Of a stretch of 64,000 nt of DNA, positions 24,552 to 37,631 are shown piece by piece. The stretch is from the NCBI GenBank assembly GCA_030704615.1, contig CM060734.1:53878001-53942000 (forward strand), in the 5' to 3' direction. A model generated the notes under the pieces. That model saw only the letters and a list, made by a program, of their open reading frames with translations. It did not search any database and was not told where the DNA came from. The translations under genes were made by a program, and so were the position numbers. This DNA comes from Takakia lepidozioides. Taxonomy: Eukaryota > Plantae > Bryophyta. The stretch's first letter is position 1. Each line of letters opens with the position of its first letter.

Positions 24552-24989
24552 CCATCAGATGCAGATAGCATATACTTAGCCCATTCTGCCATTGGAGACA
24601 CCTCCAAAATCTGTTGTTGGAAGAAATGAACCCAACAAGAGAGGATCTCAATTCGCCCCTGTAGAAACGTAAGCAATGAGCAATCTTGATCAATGTAAGA
24701 GATTAAATAGAAGATTAGCATTCATGACAACAACTACCTCTCATGAAGGGAAGTTCACAGCTCCCATGACAATTGAATAAATAAAAAATGTTAGTAAGCT
24801 AGGTTTCAACCTTCCATGCGCCATGTTATGTGCTATGATGTGTAGAATCTTCCCTCAGTTATGTCAACTTAGCCGCATCATTGTAGCACTATCAAGTTGA
24901 ACTGGTAAACCAACATTTTTCAATTGAAGGCCAGTACCTGTATTCATGATCAATCCAACATGGATATTCCAACACAGACGTGCTTGGAT

Positions 24990-25180
24990 GTTGAACGTTT
25001 CCCTGTTGCTTAAACTCTAAGCAATTCTCATCGTCGTCTGCTGCATTGGACCTGGATGTTGAAAGGGTCCATGTTGCTTTAACTCTAAGCATTTTTTATC
25101 GTCGTCTACTGCATTGGACCTGGATGTTGAAAGTGTCTCTATTGCTTGAACTCTAAGCATTTCTGATCGTCGTCTCCAGT
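24990..25180. repeat. ~68-bp tandem repeat, about 3 copies
   Basis: TTGCTT.AACTCTAAGCA.T...ATCGTCGTCT recurs at ~25006, 25074 and 25142. Confidence 0.75.
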
Positions 25181-26339
25181 CTCTACTTAATTGGACCGTT
25201 GAACTTTTGTTGGTTCTTTGTACAAGACCTCTGGATGTAATCTGATTAAGTTAGCGCTGCTCCATTCTCTCTTCTAACGTGGGTCCAAGTTGCAAGCTAT
25301 ATCGGAGACATGTGTACATGTTACTTTCAACTTTTCAAGGTGTTTATTTATGTGAAATCATGCCTGCAGGTACCAGTTTCCAATGTCCCTAGCTTTTGTG
25401 CTCGTTTACAACGTGAAACACTGTAGCAAACAACTCTCAAACGTAAAAATACTGTACATTGGACTTTTGTAGCACACATGCATAGCTGAGGAGATTTGTA
25501 GAAAAGTGAGAGTGGTCGCCCCTGTTATCACTTACTTGGTGAGTGCAGATGGTAGAGAGCGGTGGCCCCTTCTTATATTTGGTGAGTGTAGATGGTACAC
25601 AGTGAGCAGTCGGCCCCTCCTTACTTGTTGACTGCAGATAACATAACTTAGTAACGTAAGTTAGACAGTGAGCCGGACCCTCTTTACACAAGGTGACTAC
25701 AGCTGGTAGCTAACTTAGAAAGTGAGCCCCCCCCGAGCTCTTTACATTTGGTGACTGCAGATGGTCGAAAGTGAGTAGGCTCGGCACCTTGTTATACTTG
25801 TTGTGTGATTTCAAATGGTTGCCGGAAGGAATTCGAATTGCGCAGCCTTGCTCATTAAATGAAGCAGCCGGCGTGGTATTTTGAAACAAAATCCGCCCCA
25901 AATCTGCCCTATGCCTGCTCTTTAGGTGATTAATTAAGTTCAAATCATGATTACAGTAATATATTTGATTTGTTCAAAACCGTGCAGTTATAAATCCAAT
26001 AAGTACATGGATGTGTACACGTTCAGTTGTAAAACCACCCTATCTGCAGGTAATTCTGGCCATTGGTAGACCTTAAATAAATCACTTGATTCTATCCATC
26101 CATTCAAGGACCTATGAAGTCACTTTTATACACAAAAATAGGGGTCCATTCAAGGTCATGCTCATATTTGGGTGTTTCTACCTTATTCTGGATATTATAG
26201 CCCAAACTGTTAGGCCCAGTCAGTGAAATTCTTCGAATTGCCAATAATTTACCTAAAAACCACTCCTTGGAAGATCACCTGGATGAAATTACCAATAAAC
26301 TCAGTATTATTGAGAGAAACCTTGTGTTGAGACCCTGTA

Positions 26340-26830
26340 AGACTTTATTTACAACATGTACAATGGGTGAACGTACATAGCATGAGAAGTTCTAAAAAGG
26401 GGGGGGAGGAACAAGAAACAAGAGAAGAAAACAAAAAGCTTTAGTAAGCTACCCAGCTAGAAAAGAAAACAAAAGCTATAGTTATAAGCTACTCAACCAG
26501 AGACGAAAACAAAAGCTATAGTAAGCTACTCAAGTAGAGCGACCCTCCCAGCCAACAGCTTGGAGGAGATCAGGCAAGGAGATAGGCAAAGTGTCAGGCA
26601 TAGGCGGAAGATGAGATGACGCGGAGCTAGCCACATCAACCCGATGCAAAATAGATATGGCTCGTGCTCTCTGCAAAGCAACTGAAACACGCTGTCGATA
26701 GTAGGCGACAAGGACGGAGGCATGCGAGATGCTAGTGGACCTGCTCTTGGCTGCATGATGTGCACATGTCCGCAGGAAATCGTCGAAGTGCCGGTGCAAT
26801 GAGCCAAATATCTCGACCGCCAGCGGAAGA
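26340..26830 (-). mobile_element. 3' end of a 5'-truncated CRE-like non-LTR retrotransposon
   Basis: ORF 26530-26799 contains YRQRVSVALQRA, typical of the C-terminus of CRE-type restriction-like endonuclease domains. It is followed by a T-rich repeated 3' UTR and AATAAA. Confidence 0.6.
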
Positions 26831-29800
26831 AATCTGTTGGTGGGGTGACGATCGCCGTAGCCGCGCTAGAAGCATTGGTAGGTAAGAGCTTGGAGAGTGT
26901 GCAAGATGATGTTCAGTACTGTGGTATCTTTCTATGCTTTCGTGCATGTGTGGTGTGAAAGAAGGGCTACCCTCGGCACTATGTCCCAGACACTATGAGG
27001 GATAGTGCCGGGGATGCCCGGGCAAAAACTGCTCGCCCTGCCACGTACTCTGCGCCATGTTGGCGCACAGCCCTTGCCCTCCTCCCCGCTGTTGACTCCC
27101 TGCTCCTCAGCGCCACGCAGGCACAGGGCTGGCTGTGGGACCCGCCTCCCCCAACCTTCCTCGCCCACGCCTTGCCACGTCCTTGCCTCCTCGCCTCCCT
27201 ATCCGCCACATCACCCTCTCGCAACCTGCTGCACGATAGGCTCTCCTCTACAGTGCTGTCTCAGGATATGGATAAACCAGATTGAGCCATATCCTTTTTA
27301 GACAGGGTATGGAAAAGTATAGACCACTACTCCCATATATCATTTTAGGAGAATATGAAAGTGTTTTCTCTGTTTTGGGAGACTGTATTTTCAATATAAG
27401 TGGATGGTTGGGTTTAAGAGTATGTTGTCATACATTACTTGAAAAGATAATGACAAAATATATAAAATTAAAATATGGATGGATTGCACTACATTCATCC
27501 ATTTAAAAATATCGTTCATACATGTTAATGGCATGAACTTGACCTAACAATTGAGCATATGTATCAATGTATGAATCGTAGTTGTAATACATTAATTATA
27601 GGCTTATATATATTTATATTAGTACATACATAGTCATAACTCCATTGACGAATATTCATATGCATAATGTACAAATAATATGTCTAAGAATATCGTTTAA
27701 GTGGGTTAGTATTCTTGTGGATATCCAAATTTCATCTCATGTACTTACAAAAATCAATGATATATTTTGGTATATTAAGCTATGCATATATGCGAATAGT
27801 GGGGTTTAGAAGTGTCATTTAGGTGGACTAGTACTATATGAGATCCCCATATTTCATACATCTCAAACACTAATCCATACACATATGCAAATATATACAA
27901 AATATGATTGGGGAGTGTCATTTAAGTGGGCTAGTGTTGTATTGCATCATGATATTTCATACACATTGACAAAAGTATATAAGACATTGTCAAGCATTGA
28001 GCCATATACATTTAAGACAATGTGCAAAAATTGCCTTAGAAATGTCATTTAAGTAGGCTAGTGTTACACTATATGTTGATATTCCATACATAATGTCAAA
28101 AGTGTACAACACATTTGCACACATTCAGCCATACACATATGTGGAAGTAGGCAAAAATTGCTTTAGGAATGTCATCTAAGTGGGGGTAATGTTACATTGG
28201 ATGTCAATATTCCATACATATATCATGAAGGCTCGACATAGTTTAGTGGATGTTAAGTATACATCTATAAGTTCATAATGGATACACATTTGTGTAAGTA
28301 TATAGCTTATGTTGAATATACATTGTTGTAACAATGTGCAAGAATACATATATTACACAATGTTTCATCATAAAACACAATGTCTCCTCATAACTAAGTT
28401 AAAGATTATTTGAAAGGGCAAAATGGATGGATGCCATTCATCTGCTGAATTCCAGCTTTCATCCATGGTAAACAAAAATCACAGCAAAAAAGAATCACAC
28501 TACGAAAGCACTTTTTCTATTATAGCCCAGTGATGGTAAGAGTAGATAATACATAAGCGCAATATATGCAATTGGGTCAAATTCTTGCTGCAGGGCACTA
28601 GTTCTGTGCCCTGCAAGTTCGAAGTCCTGAGAAGATAGTCATATTTCAGTGGATGCCCATAGTCATACATGTATGGAAATACATGAGAGATATGTGGTCA
28701 TATGTGGGGTTCGGAGATTCAGAATAACTAAATGATCGTTAAATATTTGTTTGTTTGTTTGCTTTTTGTTTTGGGCGAGGAAGAGGGGATGGAGGCCCTC
28801 AGAATGATTTTTCTACTTCAAAATAGTTCCAGGTTTGGATGTCATCTTCATACATCGTCATACATGGGAAATACATGGTCATTTATGGAGATACATGATT
28901 CATCTTCAGGCACAAATCTTGCATGGAAACACATCACATATGTCATATGTATATGTATGACAATGCATATAGATGAGACAATACAACTGATTTTTATGTA
29001 TGTCATAAGAAAACTTAAAGGCTTGAGGCTGCTCTTGGTCCCCTTAGACTTCTCTTTTGCAGCTTGGCTTGTAGCTCGCTGGCCTCCCAGTAAGCCATAG
29101 CCTGCGATTTAGAGCTTGGCCCTAGGTGCCTGTACATGGGTTCTACCCAATCACTTGGGCGATGTACGCCTTATGGCCTTCTGTCTTGGTTATTTTTCCC
29201 AAGACATCTCTTTTAATATGATTTAAAGGGCCTATGTCCCCTTCCTTGTAAAACAACAATTGTATTAGTCGAGATCTGAGGATTCATACTCACCGCTGCA
29301 TTAATTGTATTTGAACCACTGTTCATTGATTAAATTCATACATGATGTCATATATGACAATGCAAATTACTTAGATTTTTTTGAAAATAAAAAAAAACTA
29401 GAAAATTATATTCGAGACATGAAGATTCATACTCACAATTTCATTCATTTTAATTTGAACCCACGACCGAGTTAGAGTTTTAATAATGCATGGAAATACA
29501 TGATCTGAAGTCTAATGCTTTGTTATACATCATTATACCATTCAAGACTTGTGCCTGAAGCCTAACAATACATTTATCATGAGTGACTCTATACAATGGG
29601 CATCTAAGTAAAGCCACCATGTAACTATGTTCTTCTAATTTTTTTTGAAGTAGCAAAACTACAAAATTCTTGGGCTTTAGAGGACTCTATTGGGGAACAT
29701 CAACGATGTTTGACGTCCTACAGCAGTCGGTATCTGAACATGTGCCCAACACATGCATTCACACATGCACGCATTGCCACTTTCCCAACGCATGGAATAG

Positions 29801-30057
29801 CCATGTGGGGCCCGCATGCAATAGCCGACAGTCCTGTTGACGTCCACCGGCTTTGGCTGATTTTATGTTTTGAAGGGGTACATAGTGGAACGTGAGAAAA
29901 AGTAAAATGCCAAGACCCAGGGTAAAAGACTCTGGCTGCTCAGTGCCTTCCTCCCTGGTCGTTTTCAGAGACTACTCTACAATCTCCAGACTGCAAACAT
30001 AAGCTGGGTTAGCATCTGTGTAAGTCTGGACATGTTCGTTGTTCCGTGTAGAGCCCA

Positions 30058-33000
30058 ATGGAGCCCAAAACAAGTTGCATGAATGTTGTTGAAAGCTCAC
30101 TAGCACCCCTCAGTAAAGGACCTTGTCAAAATGTTGATGCTGTCGGATTTTCGAGCACAAACCTCTACCTTGGAGCACGGAGCAGAGCTGGCATGAGTTT
30201 TTTAAAGATCCTTCACGATGGTGGGACAGCCGCAATCGCAAGGTGTGGCTTTTTCTTAATGTACAATGTGAAGAAGTTTGTCCATCCTGCAAATGTGGGC
30301 TCTTGGCTCCTGTTAGTACCATAATTTGGTTTCTTCCTGATGTTTACAAGGTTCTTCTTGGGAGAGTCAGCTTGGTCTTAGCAGGCCGTGTTTCAATCTC
30401 TGCCTGCTCAGCTGCACCGTGGTGGTTCTCACAGACCAATCCGACATTACCTGACTACAGACACAAGCAGCACACACAAGAGGTCCTTTTGGGTTGATGG
30501 TCGGTCAAATCCTCCATGGATGACACAAGGCCAAGGACATTGTGGTGAGGGCACCTTCTTCGTCGACCTATTTCAGCCTGTTTTGCCCTCTCATCAGACT
30601 CGGCCCTGATTTGCATATTGAATTCTGTAAGTTAGCTCGTTGGGTGGATCTGTGGTGGTTGGAGTGACTTTGACAAGTTACTGCCGATGTGGCAGCAGGA
30701 AAGTGTCCAAAAACAGATAACGGAGATGAGGAGAAGCTTTGGAATGCACACTTTTCCGACCCCAGTCAATGGTGGGACAATGGAGACAAAAAGGTGAATG
30801 CCTGTTGGAAGCAGACGGAAGTCAGCAGTGTGATAAGTATGGTTGGGGTGTTTGCTGGAAGAATCCTAGGCTGTCCTTGTCAGTTGCTAGCAGCAAGGCA
30901 AGGATGTATGCATGATTTGTGCAGAGGCATGGATAGCTGAAGGAGCAGGGATAGAGTGTGGGTCCAGATTCATCCAAGAGGGCCGGATTTCAAGCTCCAG
31001 ATTACCTATGATTCCCTGTGGAAGGATAGCTACAAGAAAACTGCATGGGTAGATGGTCAACTGGAAGCGGCAGCAGCAGCCGCACAATTGATAGAATCAG
31101 GCACTGCTAATGAAGGCACCTTCTTCAACACATTTCACCCTGTTTTTCCCTCTTGCCAGAACCAGCCCTAAATTTCCATGTTGAGTACTGCAAGTTAGCT
31201 GGTTGAGTTCATCTAGTTTGGAGTGACTTTGACATGATACTGCCAATGTGACAACAGGAAAGTATCGAAAAACAGGTAACAGAGATGAGAAGAAGCTGTG
31301 GAATGAATACTTTTCTGACCCCAGTCAATGGTGGGACAACCGAGGCAAAAAGGTGAATGCCTGTTAGATTACAGAGAGTAGCAGGCGCAATTCAGCATAG
31401 GGACTAGTGTGATAAGCTGAGTTGGGTGTTTCCTAGAACAAATCTAGGCTGTCATTGTCAGCTTCTAGATGGCTAGAGGCATGGATAGCTGAAGGAGCAG
31501 GGATAGAGTGTGGGTCCAGATTCATCCAAGAGGGCCAGATTTCAAGCACAAGATTACCTATGATTCCCTGTGGATCCATAGCTACAAGAAACCTGCATGG
31601 GTAGATGGTCAACTAAAGGCAGCAGCTGCAGCGGCACAGTTGATAAAATCAGGCACCTCAACCATGACCACAGCTTCTGGAAGAGGATCAAGAGAGGGAG
31701 TCCACAATGCCTCTTCTGGCACTTCTGGGCATGTGAAGATGCTTTGTGAGGCAGGCAGACTGAAAGAGGCTTTACAGACTTTAAACCAAGGAGGCATTTC
31801 AGCAGATTCAGATACGTATGTCTGTCTCTTGCATAAGTGCATCAAGATGAAAGGCCTGGAAGCTGGAAAGCAGGTGCACACTCACATTATCCAAAGTGGA
31901 TTCACGCCAAATTTTTTTCTACTCAACACCCTTGTCAACATGTATGTTAAGTGCGGGAGCATCACGGATGCTCACCAATTGTTCAACAGAATGCCTGAAC
32001 GATCATTGATCACATGGAATATAATGTTGGCAGGATTTACCAAGCATGGGTGTGGTAGGAATGCTTTGGAGACCTATGAGCAAATGCTGCGCGAAGGGGT
32101 GAAGCCCAACCACATCACGTTTGTGTGCATTTGCAATGCGTGTGCAAGCCTGGGAGCTCTAGAAAAGGGCAAAGAGGTCCACGGTGACATCGTCAAATCT
32201 GGAATTGTACCCGATGTCATTCTGAACACTGCCCTGGTGGACATGTATGCCAAATGTGGGAGCATCGAGGACGCGAAGGGAGTGTTCGACAGTATGGCTG
32301 AACGAGATGTGGTGTCGTGGAGTGCGATGATTGCAGGATATGCACAGCAGGGGTGCGGGATGGAGGCTTTGGAGACGTATGAGCAAATGATGTGCAAAGG
32401 GGTGAAGCCCAACCACATCACGTTTGTGTGCGTTTGCAATGCGTGTGCGAGCCTTGCAGCCCTGGAAAAGGGCAAAGAGGTGCATGGTGACATCATCAAA
32501 GCTGGAATTGTACCAAATGTCATCCTGAACACTGCCCTGGTGGACATGTATGCCAAATGTGGGAGCATGGAGGATGCGAAGGGAGTGTTCAACCATATGG
32601 CTGAACGAGATGTGGTGTCGTGGAGTGCGATGATTGCAGGATATGCACAGCAAGGGCGCGGGATGGAGGCTTTGGAGACCTATGAGCAAATGATGTGCGA
32701 AGGGGTGAAGCCCGACCACATCACGTTTGTGTGCGTTTGCAGTGCGTGTGCAAGCCTGGCAGCCCTAGAAAAGGGCAAAGAGGTGCATGGTTGCATCGCC
32801 AAAGCTGGAATTGTACCAGATGTCATTCTGAACAATACCCTTGTGGACATGTATGCCAAATGTGGGTGCATCGAGGATGCGAAGGGAGTGTTCGACACAA
32901 TGGCTGAACGAAATGTGGTGTCGTGGAGTGCGATGATTGCAGGATATGCACAGCAGGGGCGCGGGATGGAGGCTTTGGAGACCTATGAGCAAATGATGGG

Positions 33001-34140
33001 GGAAGGGGTGAAGCCCAACCACATCACGTTTGTGTGCGTTTGCAATGCTTGTGCAAGCCTGGCAGCCCTGGAAAAGGGCAAAGAGGTGCATGGGGACATC
33101 ATCAAAGCGGGAATTGCACCAAATGTCATTCTGGACACTGCCCTGGTGGACATGTATGCGAAATGTGGGTGCATTGAAGATGCAAAGGGAGTATTTGACA
33201 ATATGGCTGAACGAAATGTGGTGTCGTGGAATGCGATGATTGCAGGATATGCCTCGCATGGTTGTCATAGGGAGGTCGTGCAACTATTTGAAGGAATGCA
33301 AAAGAACGGCTTGAAGCCGGACAGTATCACCTTTATATGTGTTCTCTCTGCATGCAGCCACGCTGGCCTACTGAATGAAGGAAGACGCTACTTTGATTCC
33401 CTGAGTCAAGATCATGGTGTCACTCCGACTGTAAAGCACTTTGGCTGCATGGTGGACCTTCTTGGACGTGCGGGACAACTGGATGAGGCAGTGGATCTGA
33501 TTAATAAAATGCCAATCAATCCAGATGTTGTGATGTGGAAGGCCTTGCTTGGTGCCTGCAGAGTCCATGGCAATGTGGTGATGGCTGAACATGCGGCAAC
33601 ATCTATCCTCAAGTGGGATGAACAGGATGCCGCGACTTATGTGTTGCTCTCAAACATCTATGCTGCAGCTGGCAGGTGGGATGATACTGCAAAGGTGAGA
33701 AGAATGATGAAGGTCAGAGGGTTAGAAAGGAGCCAGGTCGCTGCTGCATTGAGGTTGGCAACAGGGTGCACACCTTCGTTGTAGATGACAAGTTGCATCC
33801 CAGAATTAAGGAAATCCATGCTGAGCTGAGAAGATTGGCTGGGCAGATGAAGGAGGCGGGGTATGTGCCTGACACGCGCTTTGTATTGCATGATGTGGGG
33901 GAGGAGGAAAAGGAATTTTCTCTTTGCCACCACAGTGAGAAGCTGGCCATTGGCTTTGGGCTGATCAGCACGACCCCTAGGACGCCTCTGCGTCTCATCA
34001 AGAATCTTCGAGTGTGTGGTGACTGCCACACCTCCACCAAATTCATCTCAAAGATTGTTGGCCGAGCAATTGTTGTACGGGACGCTAACCGCTTTCATCA
34101 CTTTGAAGATGGGATTTGTTCTTGTGGGGATTACTGGTGA
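30058..34140 (+). pseudogene. PLS-class PPR-E-DYW RNA editing factor with N-terminal OSB-type PDF motifs, copy A (frameshift before the DYW domain)
   Basis: Exon 31258-31352 splices in phase 0 to 31520, giving LWNEYFSDPSQWWDNRGKK|IHPRGPDFKHK. PLS repeats follow. One G missing near 33720 relative to copy B puts HSEKLA...CGDCH...DYW in ORF 33766-34140. The 5' exon structure is uncertain. Confidence 0.85.
32050..33260 (+). repeat. 303-bp near-identical tandem repeats encoding PLS triplets (copy A)
   Basis: 101-aa periodicity with high nucleotide identity. Confidence 0.9.
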
Positions 34141-36867
34141 AAGGATGTTTTGTTGGAAAGATGCGAGTGTCTTGCTTCATTCATTGATCTGTGTAGCTAC
34201 TCAGATCATCCACCATTTCCTGAGAGTATTGACCATGATGTACGGTTGAGTGCATTGAGTCATAGAGGATTGGTCATAGATGCCTGTTAGGTCATAGGCC
34301 AACTTACCCTAGTGTTTTGGATGGAAGGCTAGTGATGAATTGAGAATCCCCAGAGTTCTCGACATTGATCTGGCCACGCGTGCAAGCACCTGCACTTTGC
34401 CATCCCTCACTGAGCTACACCATGTTCAACGGTGTTAATCTGATCAACGCTTCCCTAGATTTCACTGCAGGCAGTCCTCACGCCTCTGCATTCTACCAAT
34501 CTCTGCCCACAGTGACGATTCACAGTATGCTCGCACTCATTACACCTTAGTGGTTGATTTCAATCATGTTCTAAACCAGTCTGTCATGCACTCTCAAGGC
34601 GGTCATTTCTGAGCTATTTCTACATATTCAGTACTCTGAGATCTGTTTGAACCTTGCTCACAACTTACAGCGTGCAATGACTACGCAAAGACAGGTGACA
34701 CATTGCGTACAAATCTACTGTCTACACTTCTCTCATTGCTTCATAATACATGACGTTCATACAACCCATGATCACATTCACTCGGTGGCTAAGTGACCAA
34801 TCCCGTTACTAATTCTACAGTATTTACTGCTGTACATCTCCGAGTTGCGTTCTCTTGGTCTACAATATGTTTTGGTCTAAAACAGTCTTAGCGTGTCTAA
34901 CTACCCTTCTTTCTCATCATCTACAGTGCTGCAGTCACCGCTCACTCCTTTAGCGCATAAGAACCATCAACTATGTTGAACAGGAACTTGCAGTTTTATC
35001 ATTTTATTTCATCTCAGCCAGCTGTTCTATTAATTAATACATCTATGGTAAATGTTTGTGGGTTTTTTTGGGCCATGCGTGACACGTGTGCGAAGCCCAC
35101 TAAAATAGGTACTAACCAATGTTCTAGTGGTATGTGCCAGTCGGGCGGGGTATGTTCAAGGGTATAGGTAAGGGTATGCCAGAACCAACCCGGCTGGTGT
35201 GTCATGCAGCCTATACCCTACGTATGTGTAGAACTTAGGGTTTAGGGTTCCAAACATACCAAAGGCTAATACCATATCAGTCAGAGTAGCTTGTGGAGCA
35301 ATACTGTGATTGCGAACAATACTTAGGGGGGAGTGTTTCGAGATGGGAGGGGTAGCAGTTATGATGTTAGGGTGCGTCACGTTGTGTTCGCTATGGGAGG
35401 GGTTTCATTTTTGCGGCTGAATCTTTGATGTGGGGAGGCGCAAAAGATTGAGCATATCGCCTTGTGATTGCAAATTTGTTTTACGTTTTGTATGTTTCCC
35501 TCAATCTGGTTTTTTTTTCCAGCTTTGAATGGAGTATGATGAATGTTGGGGTACACCATACCATTGTACGTGCTGCCCCAATATATCATTTACGTTTTTG
35601 CCATACCCATGCCTAGGAGCAAGTATCTCAAAATTGGAAATACTGATACTCATCCTATACCTACCATGGCTAGTCCTAATGTACACTGGGCCCTATCAGT
35701 TGGACCCAACAGCCAAGTTGGACCTACCAGGACCAGTCTAGTATGCCAAAATGGAAATACCAGTACAACACTGTCACCCCTAGCAACCACCACATGACAC
35801 TTGTACTATGCTTACCCCAATTTGACGCCTAACCATCCCCCATTTAATAGCTGTAGCTTTTCTTCTGTCTTTTTCTTACCCCCTACTTTTCTCACTTCAA
35901 ACAAGGCCCTTGGCCAAAACAAAATTGAGCACCTAGGATATGAGCTCCTCACTACCCTAGTCTTCTCAAATCACAAAGTAACAAGCTTGCTAAAACTTCT
36001 AGCTAAGCTTTAAGCCACAAACACTAGGACTTCTAAGCTCCTTTCGTCACCTCCACCAAGTTTTGCTAACTTCTAGCAAGCTCTAAGCAATCAACTAAAA
36101 AGGAACTAAGCTCAAGCTACCAACAACAACACAAAGCAAGACAAATATAAGTGGTGGGCAAGCCCACCTTCCTACTCATATATACTAGAAAAACAATAAA
36201 CAAAGGATGGATAGAATATCCAATTGTCTTTGATGAGAAAAAATATTGTCCATTCTTGGTTGGTAGGTGTCACTTTTTATCCTACCAGCTGTCTTAGGAC
36301 GCTCCTAAATATTTTAGCCCCCAAATATCCCTTCAAATGAATTTGTGTGGCCACGGACGCCCGAAAAGCTCCAAAAATGGTGGCATTTGCAAACCTTGGC
36401 AAACAAATCCTCAAACTTGGCCATAAATCCCTTGGGGTACCCTAGTGATCCCCACCAATCTGCAGGTCCATTGGGTTCAACTATCAACCAAGAAAAATAA
36501 CTGAGCCGCAAATCCCCGTGAAAACATAGTTTTTAACGCGGAGCATATTTTTCGTTTGTGGACAGATCGACGTTTGGCGCTGAAACTCCTTCCACACCAT
36601 ATTGTCCCACAGTTAGACACACACAAAAAAGTTCCACACCAACAGTGCTCGGTAACGGCTTTGTCCTGTCAGTTTGAGGTCATTGACACAGCAAAATCCT
36701 AGTCGGCGACTACCGCTGGATAAAATCTCTTTTGGATTTTTCATAGGAGCCCAAGACACCTTGGAAACTCCTTGAATTGAGTTCACACACAAAAACTTAA
36801 ATATCTGCATGGGAATATATATATATATATATATATTATGAAGCCTCCCCAAGGAAGTGTAATTTAT

Positions 36868-37577
36868 TGTCGCAGCCCTTTGCCTTGAGGGCAGGAGGTC
36901 GGGACACGAGAGGGGCTGCCCCTGTGGTGGGGGCAGTGGCAACAATAGATGTGGGGGCTGAAGCACCTTTGAGTGCCGCGGAGGCGCTCACTAGGTGGAG
37001 CCCCGCACACCGGGTTGCGGTGGGGGTGGTTCCACGAGGGGTGGTAGTAGCTTAGTGGGACTTAGTGGGGGTGGCATAGGACTCACCATGGGGCGGAGAC
37101 CTTGTGGTGGGAGTTGTGGGGAGTCTTGGGACTCATCACGGTCCAATGGGGGCCGTGGTGGGTGGGCCAAAACTCACCGCGACTCATCACCGGGAGTCGA
37201 GGGTCTTCGTGGTGGTTCGCCATAAAATGGCAGGGTTGTTTGTGAGACCCCCGCGGACAGTCACAGAAGTATATATATGGAGTAGTAACCCTGAGAATGG
37301 TGCAAGCCCGTTGGTGACCAAAAACTAGTGAGTAAACGAGCGAGTCGGAAAACGACCAAGGAGTGGGGAGCTATTCCGGACTGCCGTCTACCAAAGGGAA
37401 TTTCCACTAGGCCCAAATTGGTGGAGGGTCTTTTGGAAGAGTAAAGGGGGACCGTTATGTCCCACTGAGCAGCCGAAGCTCCGAGTTGGCCCGACGGCCA
37501 CGTTGGGAGTTAGACGCGCGCATCAAAGCGAGTAACTATGACTTGAAGGGGAGCTTACCGAAGTGAGGTGCGCGACA
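36868..37577 (+). repeat. 5' LTR of degenerate chromovirus
   Basis: TG...CA termini. Matches 42850-43476 plus the inverted piece at 40530-40628. Confidence 0.9.
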
Positions 37578-37631
37578 CTTGGTATCAGAGCTTAGAGTTC
37601 AGTACGTGATCGTCCTTGGGATTGGCCTCAT

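Larger units (their letters stand above)
29286..35900 (+). repeat. Left arm of an inverted duplication (PPR gene plus flanks)
   Basis: Reverse-complement homology to ~45540-54276, including promoter, introns, 3' UTR and a downstream repeat. Inner boundary approximate. Confidence 0.9.

Noticed and set aside
28589-28616. Helitron 3' hairpin (TGCAGGGCAC...GTGCCCTGCA)
   Set aside because: No properly spaced CTRR terminus or other Helitron evidence.
36867-37328. Short GC-rich ORFs in chromovirus LTRs (repeated at 42895, 54477, 60690)
   Set aside because: They recur only because the LTRs are repeats, and the frames are not conserved between copies.
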